Part shown: positions 25,671 through 38,760 of the stretch, in pieces
Numbering within the stretch: the stretch's first letter is position 1
How the letters are laid out: each line of letters opens with the position of its first letter
Assembly (NCBI RefSeq): GCF_001194135.2
Contig: NC_068986.1
Coordinates: 64,611,149-64,669,874 of the forward strand
DNA: 58,726 bases
From: Octopus bimaculoides
Taxonomy: Eukaryota
Direction of reading: 5' to 3'
Notes under the pieces: model-generated
What the model was told of the DNA's origin: nothing
Databases searched by the model: none
Seen by the model: the letters and a program-made list of their open reading frames with translations, nothing else
Program-made: the position numbers and the translations under genes

Positions 25671-26489
25671 AGAGAAAGTTAAAGAAGAAGCCTTTATGGG
25701 GTGGCATGACATACTAGAAAAACTGTCAAATCTCCCTCAGGTTATACTTCAGATAATGGACACATTAGATAATGCAATTTTAGATACATCATGTCTGAAA
25801 ATAACATGGATATGTCATAGCTGGAATTCTTTTGCTTTTAAATCTGCTGGATCAGGAATGACCTGGGACGAAACATAACATCTACAGTCACGACGACATT
25901 GTATTACGCTCTACTAAGCTTCTACACTGCTGCACTCTTGTACACATCAATTGAAACACAGAACGGACAAAATAGAAAAAAAAATCTCACTGTACATTAG
26001 AAGGTACAGTAAATAACTTACTAACATTCAACGTACAAGCACCATATCTGACAAACAGAAAGACGCAGCAACAGTGATATACAACCAATTCATTAGACCC
26101 TTGCGAAACACAAATTAGCACACATATATTACCTGCACAACAAAAATGCTAAAAATGAAAAACCGCCTGTACTCTTTGTTAGTGCAGTAATCTCAGACCA
26201 TCACACCTTTGTTACTATACGCACAATGTATAGACACTTCTCCAGCATCATTAAATACTATCACTCCTATTCAGTATAGAAGAACTTTATATATACGTAC
26301 ACAGAAGTAATTTCAGCATAAATAACCTCATTAAATCAATATAGCGTTCCATGATACACGCCACCAATGATGAATACAAATAGGCATAAAGTGTCGCACT
26401 TTTACCACCTCTGATCTATTGTTCACATCTAGTTGTTCGGACTCCTACTTGCGTGACACACAGACTGTTCAGTCAAGGCTTACCTGAAC

Positions 26490-26627
26490 AACACAACATA
26501 CAAACATACATACATACATACATACATACATACATACATACATGCATGCATGCATGCATACATACATACATACATACATACATACATACATACATACATA
26601 CATACATGCATGCATGCATACATACAT
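26490..26627. repeat. (ACAT)n/(GCAT)n microsatellite
   Basis: Direct reading. Confidence 0.95.
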
Positions 26628-27701
26628 CACAATATTTCAATTCTGACACAACTCAACATTCCATATATATGGCTAATGAGCTTCGTAAATCATTGAGTTT
26701 GTAAACAAAGCCTTACAAGATGTTTTTGATCTGTGACAAAGTCACTCGTTTTTTTAGCCACTTTTATCAAGGAGAAAGGCGATAATACAACTTTCAATTT
26801 AGAAGCAATATTCCACTTGTATACATTCCATGAATTTGCTTACGATGGCCACAACAACAATAACAGCAATAATAACACCATCATGTAATCACATGTTATG
26901 GCCAATGACATTGAAATGATGCTATATATAGACGTTTATATGTAAACAGTCTTATGCAGTATTAAACAGTAGCTAGTCAACCTGTTTTAAAGCACTGAGA
27001 CAGACACTCAGTACATTTCTCTCGTCCAGATGGCAAACGTTTCATGATGGTTATGATGATGACGACGATGATGATGATGATGACAGGAGGATAGTCTGGG
27101 AAATATATTGGTGTCATATTATCGTTAAATGTCTGGGTCTTTCGTCACACCAAGCTATTTGGAGATTTCGTTGCTGTGGATTTAAAATGAAATATTAAGT
27201 TTCATTTTTCACTTAAACGAAACCAGTGTAGTTGGCAATGTACCGTTGAATGATTATTTTCCTTCGAAGTTAATGTCTTCGTTATATCTAAAGCTACACA
27301 GCATAACGAATTTAATGAGTTTTGCTACTTTTTATTCTATACACAGAATGTACCGCTAATAGTAGAACCACCAACCTCACAATCAGTCTGCATTTATTTA
27401 GTAGTCTACACAAGCATTTTTTAAAAAACCTTTCTTCAATTTGACACCAAAAGCACTAGAAAGAAATCACATCGTTTCTATGTGACTCAGCCAGCTACAC
27501 AATAATGTGTTTACATTTAGCAACCGGATTGCTCCGGATCGTGCTAGTTTCGAGGCTATAGACTGTCACTGGCGAAACACCAACACTTACACTCGTTCAA
27601 TGACTGGCGTCCGCGTACGCTTACTATTAGTAGCTGACAACTGACATGACCAAACAAGAAGCCTTCTGGATTGCCTGCGTTACTTTAAATGGAATGTATA
27701 A

Positions 27702-27734
<33 letters not shown>

Positions 27735-27913
27735 TGTATGTGTGTGTGTGTGTGCGCGCGTGTGTGTGCGTGTGTACGTTTACAAATCAGATACATAGAT
27801 AGATATGCATACATATGTGTTTTGGTTTGCTTATGACTATAAATCGTTGCATTTACCATGTGATACACACCACACATATATACAGACACAAGCGCATATG
27901 TGTGTGTGTGTAT

Positions 27914-28836
27914 AGTAAGGTTTATTTGCCAACAGAAAGTGGAAGTCCTACACAGGACGATGTTACTACTGTTTAGCCCCAAGAAAACATCTATTTCCAG
28001 GTGGCTACTGACACACAGTTTGTGTCCGTATAGTATAAGCAAGAGAGGTTATCGCTCCCATCTCTAGCCTTTGTGATACTCACAGACCTGTGTTGTTTCC
28101 CGTCTTCGGTATGAAACAATCACAGTGATTAGGGGTAATTCGACTTGTTCATACTATATTCTTTTTAAAGCGACACACAGTCGCTGGTCTTGTAAAGGGA
28201 AAAACAGCTAGTTCTAAATCTCTGAGCGAGAGATATGCAGTAACACTACCGAACAGTAAAGTTTATTTGCCAACAGAATGTGGCAGTCCTACACAGGACG
28301 ATGTTATTACTGTTTAGCCGCAGGAAAACATCTTTTCTAGTTGGCTACACAGTCTGTGTCTGTTGTGTTTGTAGAGATGGGAGTAATAACTTTCCTTGGT
28401 CATACTATACACACATTGTATGTCGGTAGCCAACTGAAAAAGATGTTTTCCTGGGGCTAAACATTAGTAACATCGTCCTGTGTAAGACAGCCACATTATG
28501 TTGGCAAATAAACTTTACTGGTTGGTACTGTTACTGCATATCTCTCGCTCAGAGATTTAAAACTAATTGTTTTTCTCTTTACGAGATCAGCGACTGTGAG
28601 TCGCTTTAAAAAGTATATAGTATGAGCAAGTCAAATAAGCCCTGATTACTTGCTGTGATTGTTTCAAACTGAAGACCGGAAACAACCAGTTGGAAAACAT
28701 GTTTTCTTGGGTCTAAATAGTAGCAACATCGTCCTGTGTAGAACTGCCCCATTCTGTTGGCAAATAAACTTTACTGTTCGGTACTGTTACTGCATATTTC
28801 TCGCTCAGAGATTTAAAACTAGTTGTTTTTTCTTTA
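27914..28836. repeat. ~920-bp inverted array of a ~340-bp unit
   Basis: Module A (GTTTATTTGCCAACAG...CTACACAGGACGATGTT...AAAACATC) is forward at 27914 and 28257 and reversed at ~28426 and ~28690. Modules B and C also occur in both orientations. Confidence 0.9.
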
Positions 28837-28869
28837 TATATATACATACATACACAAATACAGATTTAT

Positions 28870-29900
28870 ATACGCACACAAAGTGTGTCGGGTTTGTGAT
28901 CGCATTGTTCACGCCCGACCTGCGTATCCCTTATTTTCAGGATCACCCTACAGAGCGTCTACAGGAAAAGGATCATTCAAAGAGGATACGATACTCAAAA
29001 TTGGGCCTGTATCTGTTCCTGGCAATAGCCCTCTCGTGCCTTTTACATACGCCAAGGATGAGTGTGGGGAGAGAACAGAGAAAACTGAAAGCTCAGCCCT
29101 TTCATTCACATCAAATTCTTTAACACACCCATCTTTAATGTAACTTACTAAATATCCATACTTTACACTTAACATTCAGTTTTGGCTTCAAGTGATTCTT
29201 AAAGACGTTGGAGTTGAAAGCAAACAGGTAAAGTCCTTTCCTCAGCCTCATTTGGCCTTCATCATTTACTGTCAACACTAAGCACAATACAACTCACCTT
29301 TCCTTGTCAAGCTTATGCAGGGAGGCGATCTTTATAATAGGTTGAGATGATAGTGACACCTCAGCAATCCATAAGTAATAAACTAGTGTGTTGACGGCGG
29401 CTTTATAGCTATCCTTGCTTTTTGAATACGCCCAGCAGAGAACACAGCCGTTCCCGTAGAGCTTGTATGATATCCTACCCCTACTAGCGCTACCAAGTCA
29501 AGGACTTTTGGAAATTATCAGCATTCTCGTCGTGAAAATCATCCAAAGGAAAGCAATTCTTTAAGCTTTATTTATGTATACTCAGACTATCTCAAAAGAC
29601 TTCACCTTCGTGCTGCAATCAACTCTCAATAATATTTCAAGATTTACGGCGGTATTGCTCAAACTAACTGTCAGCTGTGCTTATAAAAAAAAAACATTTC
29701 AAAGCCAAGCATCCCTTCTGGGTCTATCTTTGACCCAGAACTGTATCTCAGTTAAAGAGATAAGCTGTAGGAATGCGTGTCTAAGACCTCCACTTTTTAA
29801 TTGCTCAAGAGTTTATGCAAATATTGCAATCCCAGCACATAGCTACGCATCATCATTCATAACATCCTGAGGCTATCCCTACTGGATTGGGTATTACCAG
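28870..29900 (-). mobile_element. Tx1/L1-clade LINE 3' end (ORF2 C-terminus plus 3' UTR)
   Basis: Minus frame YKLYGNGC...LDKER*VVLCLV...RLRKGL...FKNHLKPKLNVKCKV...RWV resembles the Tx1 ORF2 C-terminus. Confidence 0.6.
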
Positions 29901-30509
29901 CAAATCTACATTTCTAACAAAAGAAACTACCCCCCCCCCACAAAAAAAGCAAAAGTATAGGCATTCCAATTCTGTCAGTAACACACAGTGGTCATTCACT
30001 AAAATATCACAAAAGTTATGTAAACTTACACCATATCCTGGATCCTTCCTGTTATTCTCATCCTAATTTTTAACCACCTGGATCTTTGAACTTTGCCAGA
30101 CTCCGAGCAATATAAAAGGAATTGAACTTTTAGTTGCCAGGAACACAATACTGCTTTTGTGGCAGGATAGGAATTGATAACAACCTTCCAACCAAGTCGA
30201 TACGCTAACAAATTATTTGACCTTGAATTTATTTGACTATTGTAAACTTGTTAAAATGATTTACAGAGTGATATCTAGATTAATTCCCCGGCTAGAAGAC
30301 CATAAATTTATAGAGGAGAATGAGATTGTGTAGCGTTCACTTTTTCTCAAGGGGGTTGAAAGCGTACGGGAAGTTAAGTAACTTCAACTGAGAGCCGAAA
30401 CAGGAACGCGAACGTGACTCATTCGGTGTTTACCTCTGGTTTTACAGTACGATTTGTAATTTAATCTATCTGTTTAAGTTGTTGTTTACATGCATGTCAA
30501 TACTGACAG

Positions 30510-30660
30510 TCCTATGGTCAAAGACATTCCAGCCGTGATCATGCCATCTTTTGTCGAGCAATTGTATATTTAGGACTACTATTTCATGAGGGTAGGGCGT
30601 AATTTTAGATGCAATTTGGTTGTATTTCTAGTTGATCGAGTAACCATGTAGAGACTTCCT
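30510..30660 (-). mobile_element. Old (CAA)n-tailed retroposon copy
   Basis: CCTATGGTCAAAGACATTCCAGCC...GGTAGGGCGTAATT...TATTTCTAG. Confidence 0.6.
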
Positions 30661-30904
30661 CAGTAACTCATTCTGTTTGAATAGTTTGTGGTATCGCAAT
30701 GCAACAATTTTGAATATATTGCGTAGAAGATATTATTACGTATTTAGAATATATGGTAATTCAAGAATAGCAAACATATTATGTAAAATAAAGACGGAAG
30801 AATCGTAAATTGAAGAGCTCTCTAATCTGTTAAATGTTATGTTTTAAAAGCCTTTTTTATATAATGATTACTTACAGATGGAACTTCTTATAGTAATATT
30901 AATT

Positions 30905-31030
30905 GTTTCTAATTTAGGCGCAAGGCCAGCAATTTTACTTACATCGCCCCCAATACTAGTCACTTGATCAACCCCAGAGTTATAAAATGTAAAGCAGACC
31001 TCAGCGAAAATTTAACGCAGAATGCAAAGT
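30905..31030 (-). mobile_element. SINE family 2, degraded
   Basis: AGGCGCAAGGCCAGCAATTTT...GACCTCAGCG. Confidence 0.6.
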
Positions 31031-31666
31031 GCCATTATCATCACCGCAGTAACTTTGTGCCAACTGTATACATTCATACACACACACACACGATAATTGT
31101 ATTTATACTTTTCTTCGTGTATAAGATGTTTAGTACATACAATGACCCTGTAACGTAATAGCGATTTTATGGCCGTGTCTTATATCAAACGGTGTTTTAT
31201 AGATGTAATGACTCAGTAACGTAACAATTGTTTTATAGTTATATGTAGCCATATGTAACAACCTTCATGATCAAATATTCATTTATTTATCTCACATTTT
31301 AGCTCAGTAAATGGGGCTAGTTCTTTAGTCTTTGTAACCAGATACATTCACGGCGGATAGGATTTGTAACGTTAATCTAATTTTCTCAAGAAAATTGGAT
31401 TTGAAAAAGATAATCACAATTGAACTCGAGTCGCAGATTTTGTTCATTACATACTATCTGCCACACAGCAATCTTCCAAATTTTATTTGCATTTAAATTT
31501 ATAAGATACAATATAACGACTTTTAGTGAAAGTGGGGGGCAGTGTCACTGACATTTCAAATTCTCTTGCACTATTGATGCAGCAGATATCCAAGTTGAAT
31601 ATTTATAGCTCAATGTCTGCAGGAAAAACGCGGACGAGGCGCTAGTCAAGGATCTGATGATCTAAT

Positions 31667-31884
31667 ATTCTTTTCTACTCTAGGCACAAGGCCTGAAACT
31701 TTTGGGGGAGGGTGCCAGTCGGTTAGATCGACCCCAGTGTGCAACTGATACTTAATTTATCGACTCCGAAAGAATGAAAGGCAAAGTCGACCTCGGTGGA
31801 ATTTGAACTCAGAACGTAAAGACAAACGAAATACCGCTAAGTATTTCGCCTAGCGTGCTAACTTTTCTGCCAGCTAGCCGCCTT
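31667..31884 (-). mobile_element. tRNA-derived SINE family 2 (Meta-domain-like core), full length
   Basis: Minus AAGGCGGCTAGCTGGCAGAA..GTTCTGAGTTCAAATTCCACCGAGGTCGACTTTGCCTTTCATTC..GTCGATAAATTAAGTATCAG. Confidence 0.9.
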
Positions 31885-32331
31885 TCTGATCTAACATTTG
31901 CAACAGATTGAACTTCACTTAAGACATCTAATGACTATGCAGTAGTTTTAAGCTGAGCCACATATTAAATATTCGGTTATATGATTTTAAATGAGTTTTA
32001 GAAGTTATTAGTTGAGGGGTTCATCTGAGCAGAGAAAGAATACTTACTTAACGATGTCCACATACTTATATTTACATAAGTCTAAGAATGAAACACAGAA
32101 TACCTAACAATATCAGTGTTTATTTTAATTTTACAAGATCATCAGAAGTTAAAACCTGGTATTATAGCCGTGCAAACAACTATGGCTTAGGCAAACAACC
32201 ATGTGTATAAAATGACAATTTGCAAATTAGAGACAGCAGTATTGTTATTAGTATGACTATTTTAAGACTATTTCCCGGCATCTGCAGGAACTTCTGGAAG
32301 TATCTCAGTTATCGATATTAGTAAACTAATT

Positions 32332-32444
32332 AAGGCGGCGATCTGGCAGAATCGTTAGCACATCGGGCAAAAAGCTTAGCGGCATTTCGCCTATCTTTAC
32401 GTTCTGTATTCGAATGACACCGGGGCAGACTTTGTCTTTCATCA
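32332..32444 (+). mobile_element. SINE family 2, 5' half
   Basis: AAGGCGGCGATCTGGCAGAATCGTTAGCAC...GACTTTGTCTTTCATC. Confidence 0.85.
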
Positions 32445-32999
32445 TGACAAAAGATGTTCTTCACGATATGGCGAGCAACTGCATAGCGCCAGTTGCATAT
32501 TATCACCTGATCCACGTACGTAAAAGAGTGAACATACACGCACATTGACCGCATATCTCTGTAAATGTCGCAGCCTCAATGTCTGTCTCCACATCATCAG
32601 TCACAGTATACCGAGCCTTCCACATAGAATGCTTTGACAGCAGGAGAACCTCTTGATGATTGTGGCTCATTTCTTCCACTATAAACACACTAATAGCACA
32701 CGCTCCAATCAGGTCAGGCACAAACCAGAGCAAGACAGCAGAGTCAAATGGAAGCGATGAAAGCGTTCGCCGTCTTTCTTCGAGCTTTCAAGCTCAGATT
32801 CCTCTCAGTCTATTTCTGGATGAAACTGGCCACACTGCTCGTACAATATCTTATCTAGGAAGCCTGGAACGAATCAGGTCCCTTTCTCTATTGACATGTC
32901 ACCATACGCATGCTCAAGCGGTTATTTCTATCACTCCATTCAACAGAAAACATGTTCAATTAAATCATCTGTAATTAGTTTAGGACGCGCCAACGATGG

Positions 33000-33100
33000 A
33001 TCCTCTCTGTAGTCGTTCGAACTGTTAGAAATAACAGCCAAATTCCCATCAAATCACATCCTACAGTCTTCAAAAATGAATATAATGGATGATGTAGCAC
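33000..33100 (+). mobile_element. Old retroposon fragment
   Basis: TTCGAACTGTTAGAAATAACAGCCAAATTCCCATCAAATCACATCC. Confidence 0.6.
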
Positions 33101-33189
33101 TGATAATAATAGTTGAAAATAAAATACGGTAGTCATTATTTGAACGAATTGAATTTGAAGTCTCCTGAATCAGTAATTGGAGGCAAAAA

Positions 33190-33312
33190 GAATAACGACG
33201 ACGGCGGCGGCGGAGGTGGCGATGGCAACAACAGTAACATCAGAAGCTACAACAACAGCAGCAGCAACAATAACAACAATAACAACAATAAAAACAACAA
33301 CAACAACAACAG
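33190..33312. repeat. Compound trinucleotide microsatellite (GAC/GGC/CAA)
   Basis: Direct reading. Confidence 0.9.
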
Positions 33313-33444
33313 ATTGTATTTAGTCATAGACACTGTTGCATATCAATTGCTAAGATGTTGAAAGCTCACTGGGTCAATGCACATTGGTGTAAATATCATG
33401 CTGGTTATGACATACCAGTTTTTAGCATTACAATACTCAAAAAA

Positions 33445-33489
<45 letters not shown>

Positions 33490-34549
33490 TGTCTGTCTCT
33501 CACTCACTTGCTAAGGTGTATCGCATCTGAAATAATAGCAATCCAACATTTGGTTGTCAGATATGCCAAGAATAGCCAAATTCCTGTAAAACCATATCCC
33601 AAAGAAGGACAGTTGTTATCACTAGAACACCTCTGACTATATGTCTGCTTGATTAGGGTGGACATGAACCACCACAGCTACCACCGCCGCCGCCGCCGGC
33701 ACTACTGCTACTTACTACAACAGAATTCGGCGGGTTTTGTGAACGAATGAAATCTTAACAAAGTGTTGATTGAAGTCTTTCTGAGACATGCACATAAAGA
33801 AATTTTTTTTGAAGGTTTTGGTGAATGGAAAAATTAATGTAAAAACAAACAAACCAAAAATCAGGTAAAGCAATTAATTCAACAGGATGTTGGGCGAACG
33901 GATGTCAATAGTCAAACAAATTATGATATAATGATGTTTAAATATACATAACGTCGCAGTCGCATAAACGTACAAGTACACACACACACATACACGTGCA
34001 CACGCACACACACACATACGCATTCACACACATCTGCACACACATCTGCACACACATGCAGGGTAAAATTTATAAAGGAAACATGTTTCAGAACAATTAA
34101 CTACAGCACTTTATAAGATAGGTAAATATACCAAGATGTATCGGCAACAAAGGAATTCTAGCCTTGATCTGAATTTTTACGCGCGAAAATGTGTTCCAGC
34201 CATCTTTACCACAATCAACTAGTTTATCGAGGGAACTTGAACCAATTTTGTCAGCGGAGAAGTCCCCTCTTGCATACACACACACATGCACACACACACA
34301 TACACACATCGAACTGCTGAACCTTTAAAAAAGATAAGATTTCTATTGTGACGAAATCTAATATTTTGATAAACTTGCCTGCTTTTTTGGTTAGAGAGAA
34401 AATAAATTCAATAGTGGGCTATTTCAGCAATCTGTCAGTTTAAATTGAAGCAAATACTTACGTTTTGGGATCACATTCAACGTAAGGAGTTAAATTACAA
34501 TGTCATGCTCAATGACGAACCCAAAAGATGGGTGTCATGAGTTCATATT

Positions 34550-36130
34550 TTTGAGAAAAGTAACAATATGTAAAACAACTCTAACGTTTGAGTTGATGAG
34601 TAAAATTGTATAATTGCATTCTTTCCATTGGTGTATTCAATAACAATAGTAGTCTCGATGATACGTTGTATAAGCTTCGTAGCAATTAGTCTTATCTTAC
34701 TGCATAGCCGTAGATGATCTAAATTACACACCAGCATTATTTGGATCCTTTTAAAGTTTAGCTGTATAACGATAGACCATTACAACATTACATTATTTTT
34801 ACAATGAGATCATACCAACACAATTTTAAAAGTCTTAAATTCCTTGAATGTTGTGCTTACTGTGAAACAGTTTCTAGGATGAAGCAAACTGATTGGCATA
34901 TTCCTAGTGAACAACAAATTTTTTACTTCTGGAATATCGTTCATGAATGGGGAAAACAAGACGTGCCAAAAAGCCTTATTGTTGTTGATGGAATTAGGTA
35001 ACTTTACATTTATTTTGCTTCGTCAGAGCAAAAGTTTGTAGCGCAAGTAATTCAATAGAGTTTATTAATGTGACCAATAAATTTCTTGGTCAGGTGTGGA
35101 TAGTAGAGAACTACTTATCTCTTGACAATTTTGTACTAACAACCAAAACTCAGAAGTCCCCATCTTATACTACTCTTCTTTGTAAGGGGAATGGACATCT
35201 TCAACTACTTGAATCTCCTTCATGAATGATGCAAAGAGAATTCCTGTTGAGGGCATCACAAAAATCATAAACCACTGAAGTTTTAATTATATTGCAGAGT
35301 ACTTAGTGTCTGTCAAGGTCTGACAGGTTTACCGATAGGATAGAACCAATTTGATTGCACATGTGGCCAACGCCCATTCTGCCACTTTATTTTGTGCACC
35401 TGAAACGTTACCCGTTCAAACATTTGACAAATGTACATTCTTTATCAGCTTAAGTGGAAAATCCTGTCTATGAGGTCAGGCCTGTAAATGTATGTTTAGT
35501 CTGGAAGGATTACTTTCTGATTTTTTTTTCCATTTAGATTTGCTAAAACATTTCGGGTGAGTAAAATGGAGCACATATGTCGTTGTATCCTATGTTCGCT
35601 CATACATGCACTGGGTGGGGGATTGGTAAACTTCAAAGAAGAATGCAAAGCTAACCAAGCTCTCTCTGGCAACATCATTACTGAATGCGTCTCATAAATG
35701 TATATACGGGTCTAACCTTGGCTCTGTTTTATGTTGTATCGTAGCCCAGTAGAAGAAGAGGGATTGACATCGAAATAAGTAGTTGAATTAATTGTCTCTA
35801 AGCATGAAGTGGTAGGATTAGAAGTTTACGAACATATTGAGGAAATTGTCTGTGACATTCCAATGTAATATCCAACTATGCCATTCACATAATGAATGTA
35901 ATACTGCATTGCAAGATAAGATCTATGAGACTCATCTATATTGTTGACAGTGTTGCCTTTACACCTCAGGTTGTTCTCTTTTGCAATAGTGATCTCCACA
36001 CATGAGGATTAGCAACTTTATAACAGTCATATGCAATAAAATAGTGTGTAAGTCTCCAGAGGGTCTTTTCTTTCCATTAATGGCAACTCGAATCTCCAAG
36101 AGGAACTTAGACTCCAACAACTACTTGAGA
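34550..36130 (-). mobile_element. Helitron Rep/helicase relic with large internal deletion
   Basis: Minus strand, in correct order: INGKKRPSGD, IDESHRSYLAMQY, YIHL*DA, RPDLIDRIF, IKWQNGRWPH (IEWQKRGLPH), CDALNRNSLC (CG.LN..SPC), GHIN, FPIHER...VVH*E, then PIF1 C-terminus MLVCNLD..LC...RL...IETTI. Confidence 0.85.
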
Positions 36131-36489
36131 CTTCTGGAATGCTTGTTCTTTGTATGGCCTGTTTGTTTCTATCTATTCCATTCTTACTATACGTTGTTCT
36201 ATCAGTTTCCTTTTTTCTTATGCTTTCTTTTTTCTGTTTATATTTTCTTACCTTGCATTCGAATTGTGTTCATATTTGGAAACCGCTTGAGTTTTTCATT
36301 TACCCACTTACGTTTAAAACCGCATTTCTTCGATCTCTTTAATCTGCAATTCAGTTTTTATTCACGTGCAGGGAATTGGTGATAAAAGCGAAAGTTACAT
36401 ATGGTCCTAAGAGTAGTTTGATCTCATTTCCACAAACACTGACTTGAATTAAAGTTAATTTTTAAAATGGTTGTGAAAAAATGGAAGAA

Positions 36490-36590
36490 AAGCAAAGTCG
36501 GCCTCGGCGCGATTTCAACTCAGAACGTCAAAATGTCGCTAAACATTTTAGCCGGCGTGCTAATGATTCCGTCAGCTCATCGCCTTAATA
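36490..36590 (-). mobile_element. SINE family 2, 5' half
   Basis: GCAAAGTCGGCCTCGGCG..AACTCAGAACGT..GGCGTGCTAATGATTCCGTCAGCTCATCGCCTT. Confidence 0.85.
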
Positions 36591-36976
36591 AGAATAGACA
36601 TTAAAAAGGAAAAAAGCTTCAAGAGATGAAGAGGAAAGATTAGAAAAGAGTTGAAAGAAATGTTGGTAGATAAAATGAAACAAAAAGGGAAGAGAAAAAA
36701 GAGTAAGAAAGCAAAGAATAGTGTATATAATAAATGGCAGGTTAAAGACGAGCAGTAACAGGCAGAAAAGTTTTTAAAAGCACGGGAATGCAGCACTGCG
36801 GTAACGATGGGAAATATCGTTAGTTACAAAAGACAAGAAAGAGGTGGAACACACACACACACACACAAGAGTAAGCACATAAATGCAAAACAAGGTGGGA
36901 AAAATAGTACTCGACTACCAAAGGTAGAGTAATATAGCATTCATTAAGGCCAAAAATAATCTTCACAAACTGTTAC

Positions 36977-37053
36977 AGTTTCACGTGACTATTCGTCGGA
37001 CATTAACGATAATATTATCGCAACTGTCCGGTGATGAACGGTCATGTGAAACT
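36977..37053. repeat. Imperfect ~77-bp palindrome
   Basis: AGTTTCACGTGACTATTCGTCGGACA / TGTCCGGTGATGAACGGTCATGTGAAACT around a central CGATAATATTATCG. Confidence 0.8.
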
Positions 37054-37440
37054 CTGAGAAACAGTCTGTACAGAGTTTTTTCGGCCTTAGTAAATAACAC
37101 ACACACACACACACGTAAACCTTAACTTAACATTACGAGAGACATTTATACACATAAATACATCATCTATTATTGAAAATACCTTCTTCCTTTATTGTCT
37201 CCTTATAGCAAAGACTCCATCGTCAAGAAGCAAAGTAGTATGTCAAGTAGAGTGTCAACCTAAAGAAGCCCATCCCTCCTAGAGACTATTAACTGTGCCT
37301 GGGAATTGTCGTAGGCCAGAGGCATAAATGAAAATATGTGGCTGAAATTAGATTTGAAATTGGAGGGCAGTTACATCATAATTATTGTTTCATTAAAATA
37401 GCCTAACTTTAATAGTTCTTCCTTTATTCTTGGAAATTCA

Positions 37441-37870
37441 GGCGGAGGCACGGCGTTAAGGAGTTTGCTTCCCAACCATGTGACCTTGGGTTCAGTCCTA
37501 CTGTGTGGATCTTTGAGCAAGGGCCCTCTACTATAGCCCCAGGACGACTTGTAAATGGATTTAGTAGATGGAAACTAAAAGAAGCCCGTCGTATGTGTGT
37601 GTGTGTGTGTGTGTGTGTCTCTGTGTGTATGCATATTTCTATTTGTGTATTTCTTTGTGTTTATGTTTGTCACCCACCACTGATTGACAACCGGTGTTAG
37701 TTTTTTTACATCCCCACAACATAGCGGTTCAGTAAAATACCGACAGAATGAAGACCAGCCTTAAAAGAAAGTACTTGAGTCGATTTGGTGGAGTGAACTC
37801 TTTAAGATACTCCAGTATGGCCGGAATCCAATAACTGAAACAAGTAAAAGCTAAAGGTAAAAGATATATC
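37441..37870 (+). mobile_element. SINE family 1, full length with internal (GT)n
   Basis: Head, core, internal microsatellite and ACTGAAACAAGTAAAAG tail. Confidence 0.85.
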
Positions 37871-38094
37871 TTTCGTTTTAGCAAACGAATATTTCTGTTA
37901 AATAGATATTTACAGTACATTAATTAAAGCTAGTCTATTGATGTTTCTCACTAAGCACACAAAAGTTACAAAAAGTCTTACTAAAGATAGATGCAGGCTT
38001 ATGTATATATGTATGTGTGTGTGCGTGTATGTAAACACATATACACACATATATATATACATATATATATATATATGTATGTGCATGTGTGTGT

Positions 38095-38325
38095 GTATGT
38101 GTCTTTGTGTCAGTGTTTGTCCCCCACCACCACTTGACACCCGGTGTTGGTGTGTTTACATTCCCGTAACTTAGCGGTTCAGCAAAAGAGAACGGCAGAA
38201 TAAGTGTCAAGCTTTACAAAAAAAAAAAAAAATAACGGGGTCTATTCGTTCAATTAAAATGCATCAGGGCAGTACCTCAGCATGGCTGCAGTCTAATGAC
38301 TGAAACAAGTAAAAGATAGAAGCTA
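38095..38325 (+). mobile_element. SINE family 1, 3' half
   Basis: GTTTGTCCCCCACCACCACTTGACACCCGGTGTTGG...CATGGCTGCAGTC..GACTGAAACAAGTAAAAGA. Confidence 0.85.
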
Positions 38326-38586
38326 TCCTCAAACATCTTGGATGCAATACCACATCCAGCCTCTGTCACCTACGTCCATCGAATATTTTAGCACGTCTCT
38401 CTCAATCTTAAACAATGTGCCTTGTCTTGAGCAAAATGACAAATTAACCTCAAGGATTTAATAAAACATGTCAAACAATAAAAAATTGTCAAGTACTATT
38501 TTTTTCTCTATTATGTCAACTACTACATCTTTGCTACAAGTCACTTCTAGTCTATGAACTAATTTTTCCATATAGTAGTAGCAGTA

Positions 38587-38760
38587 ATGGCGGTAAGCTG
38601 GCAGAATCATTAGCATGGTGGGTAGAATGCTTAGCGGCATTTCGTCCGCCTTTACGTTCTGTGTTAAAATTCAACCAAGGGTCGAAACACTGGGGTCAAT
38701 ACAATCGACCTATCCCTCCACCGAAAGTGCTGGCCTTGTGCCGAATGCTGAAAGCAATAT
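38587..38760 (+). mobile_element. SINE family 2, internally deleted
   Basis: GGCGGTAAGCTGGCAGAATCATTAGCA...GCTGGCCTTGTGCC. Confidence 0.85.

Noticed and set aside
27914-28836. CRISPR-like or integron-like array
   Set aside because: Eukaryotic context, long units in mixed orientation, no unique spacers and no cas genes.
28823-29230. Overlapping ORFs and apparent splice sites on both strands
   Set aside because: Explained by the Tx1-like ORF2 C-terminus and 3' UTR on the minus strand.
30029-30203. Minus ORF with a strong GTAAGT donor
   Set aside because: No homology recognised and the acceptor is ambiguous; cannot be supported without RNA data.
34878-34997. 120-nt AG/GT-bounded open exon (MKQTDWHIPSEQQIFYFWNIVHEWGKQDVPKSLIVVDGI) that superficially resembles a HECT or PTP segment
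   Set aside because: Its antisense strand carries the Helitron FPIHER...VH motif in the correct order with neighbouring Rep motifs, and I found no partner exons.
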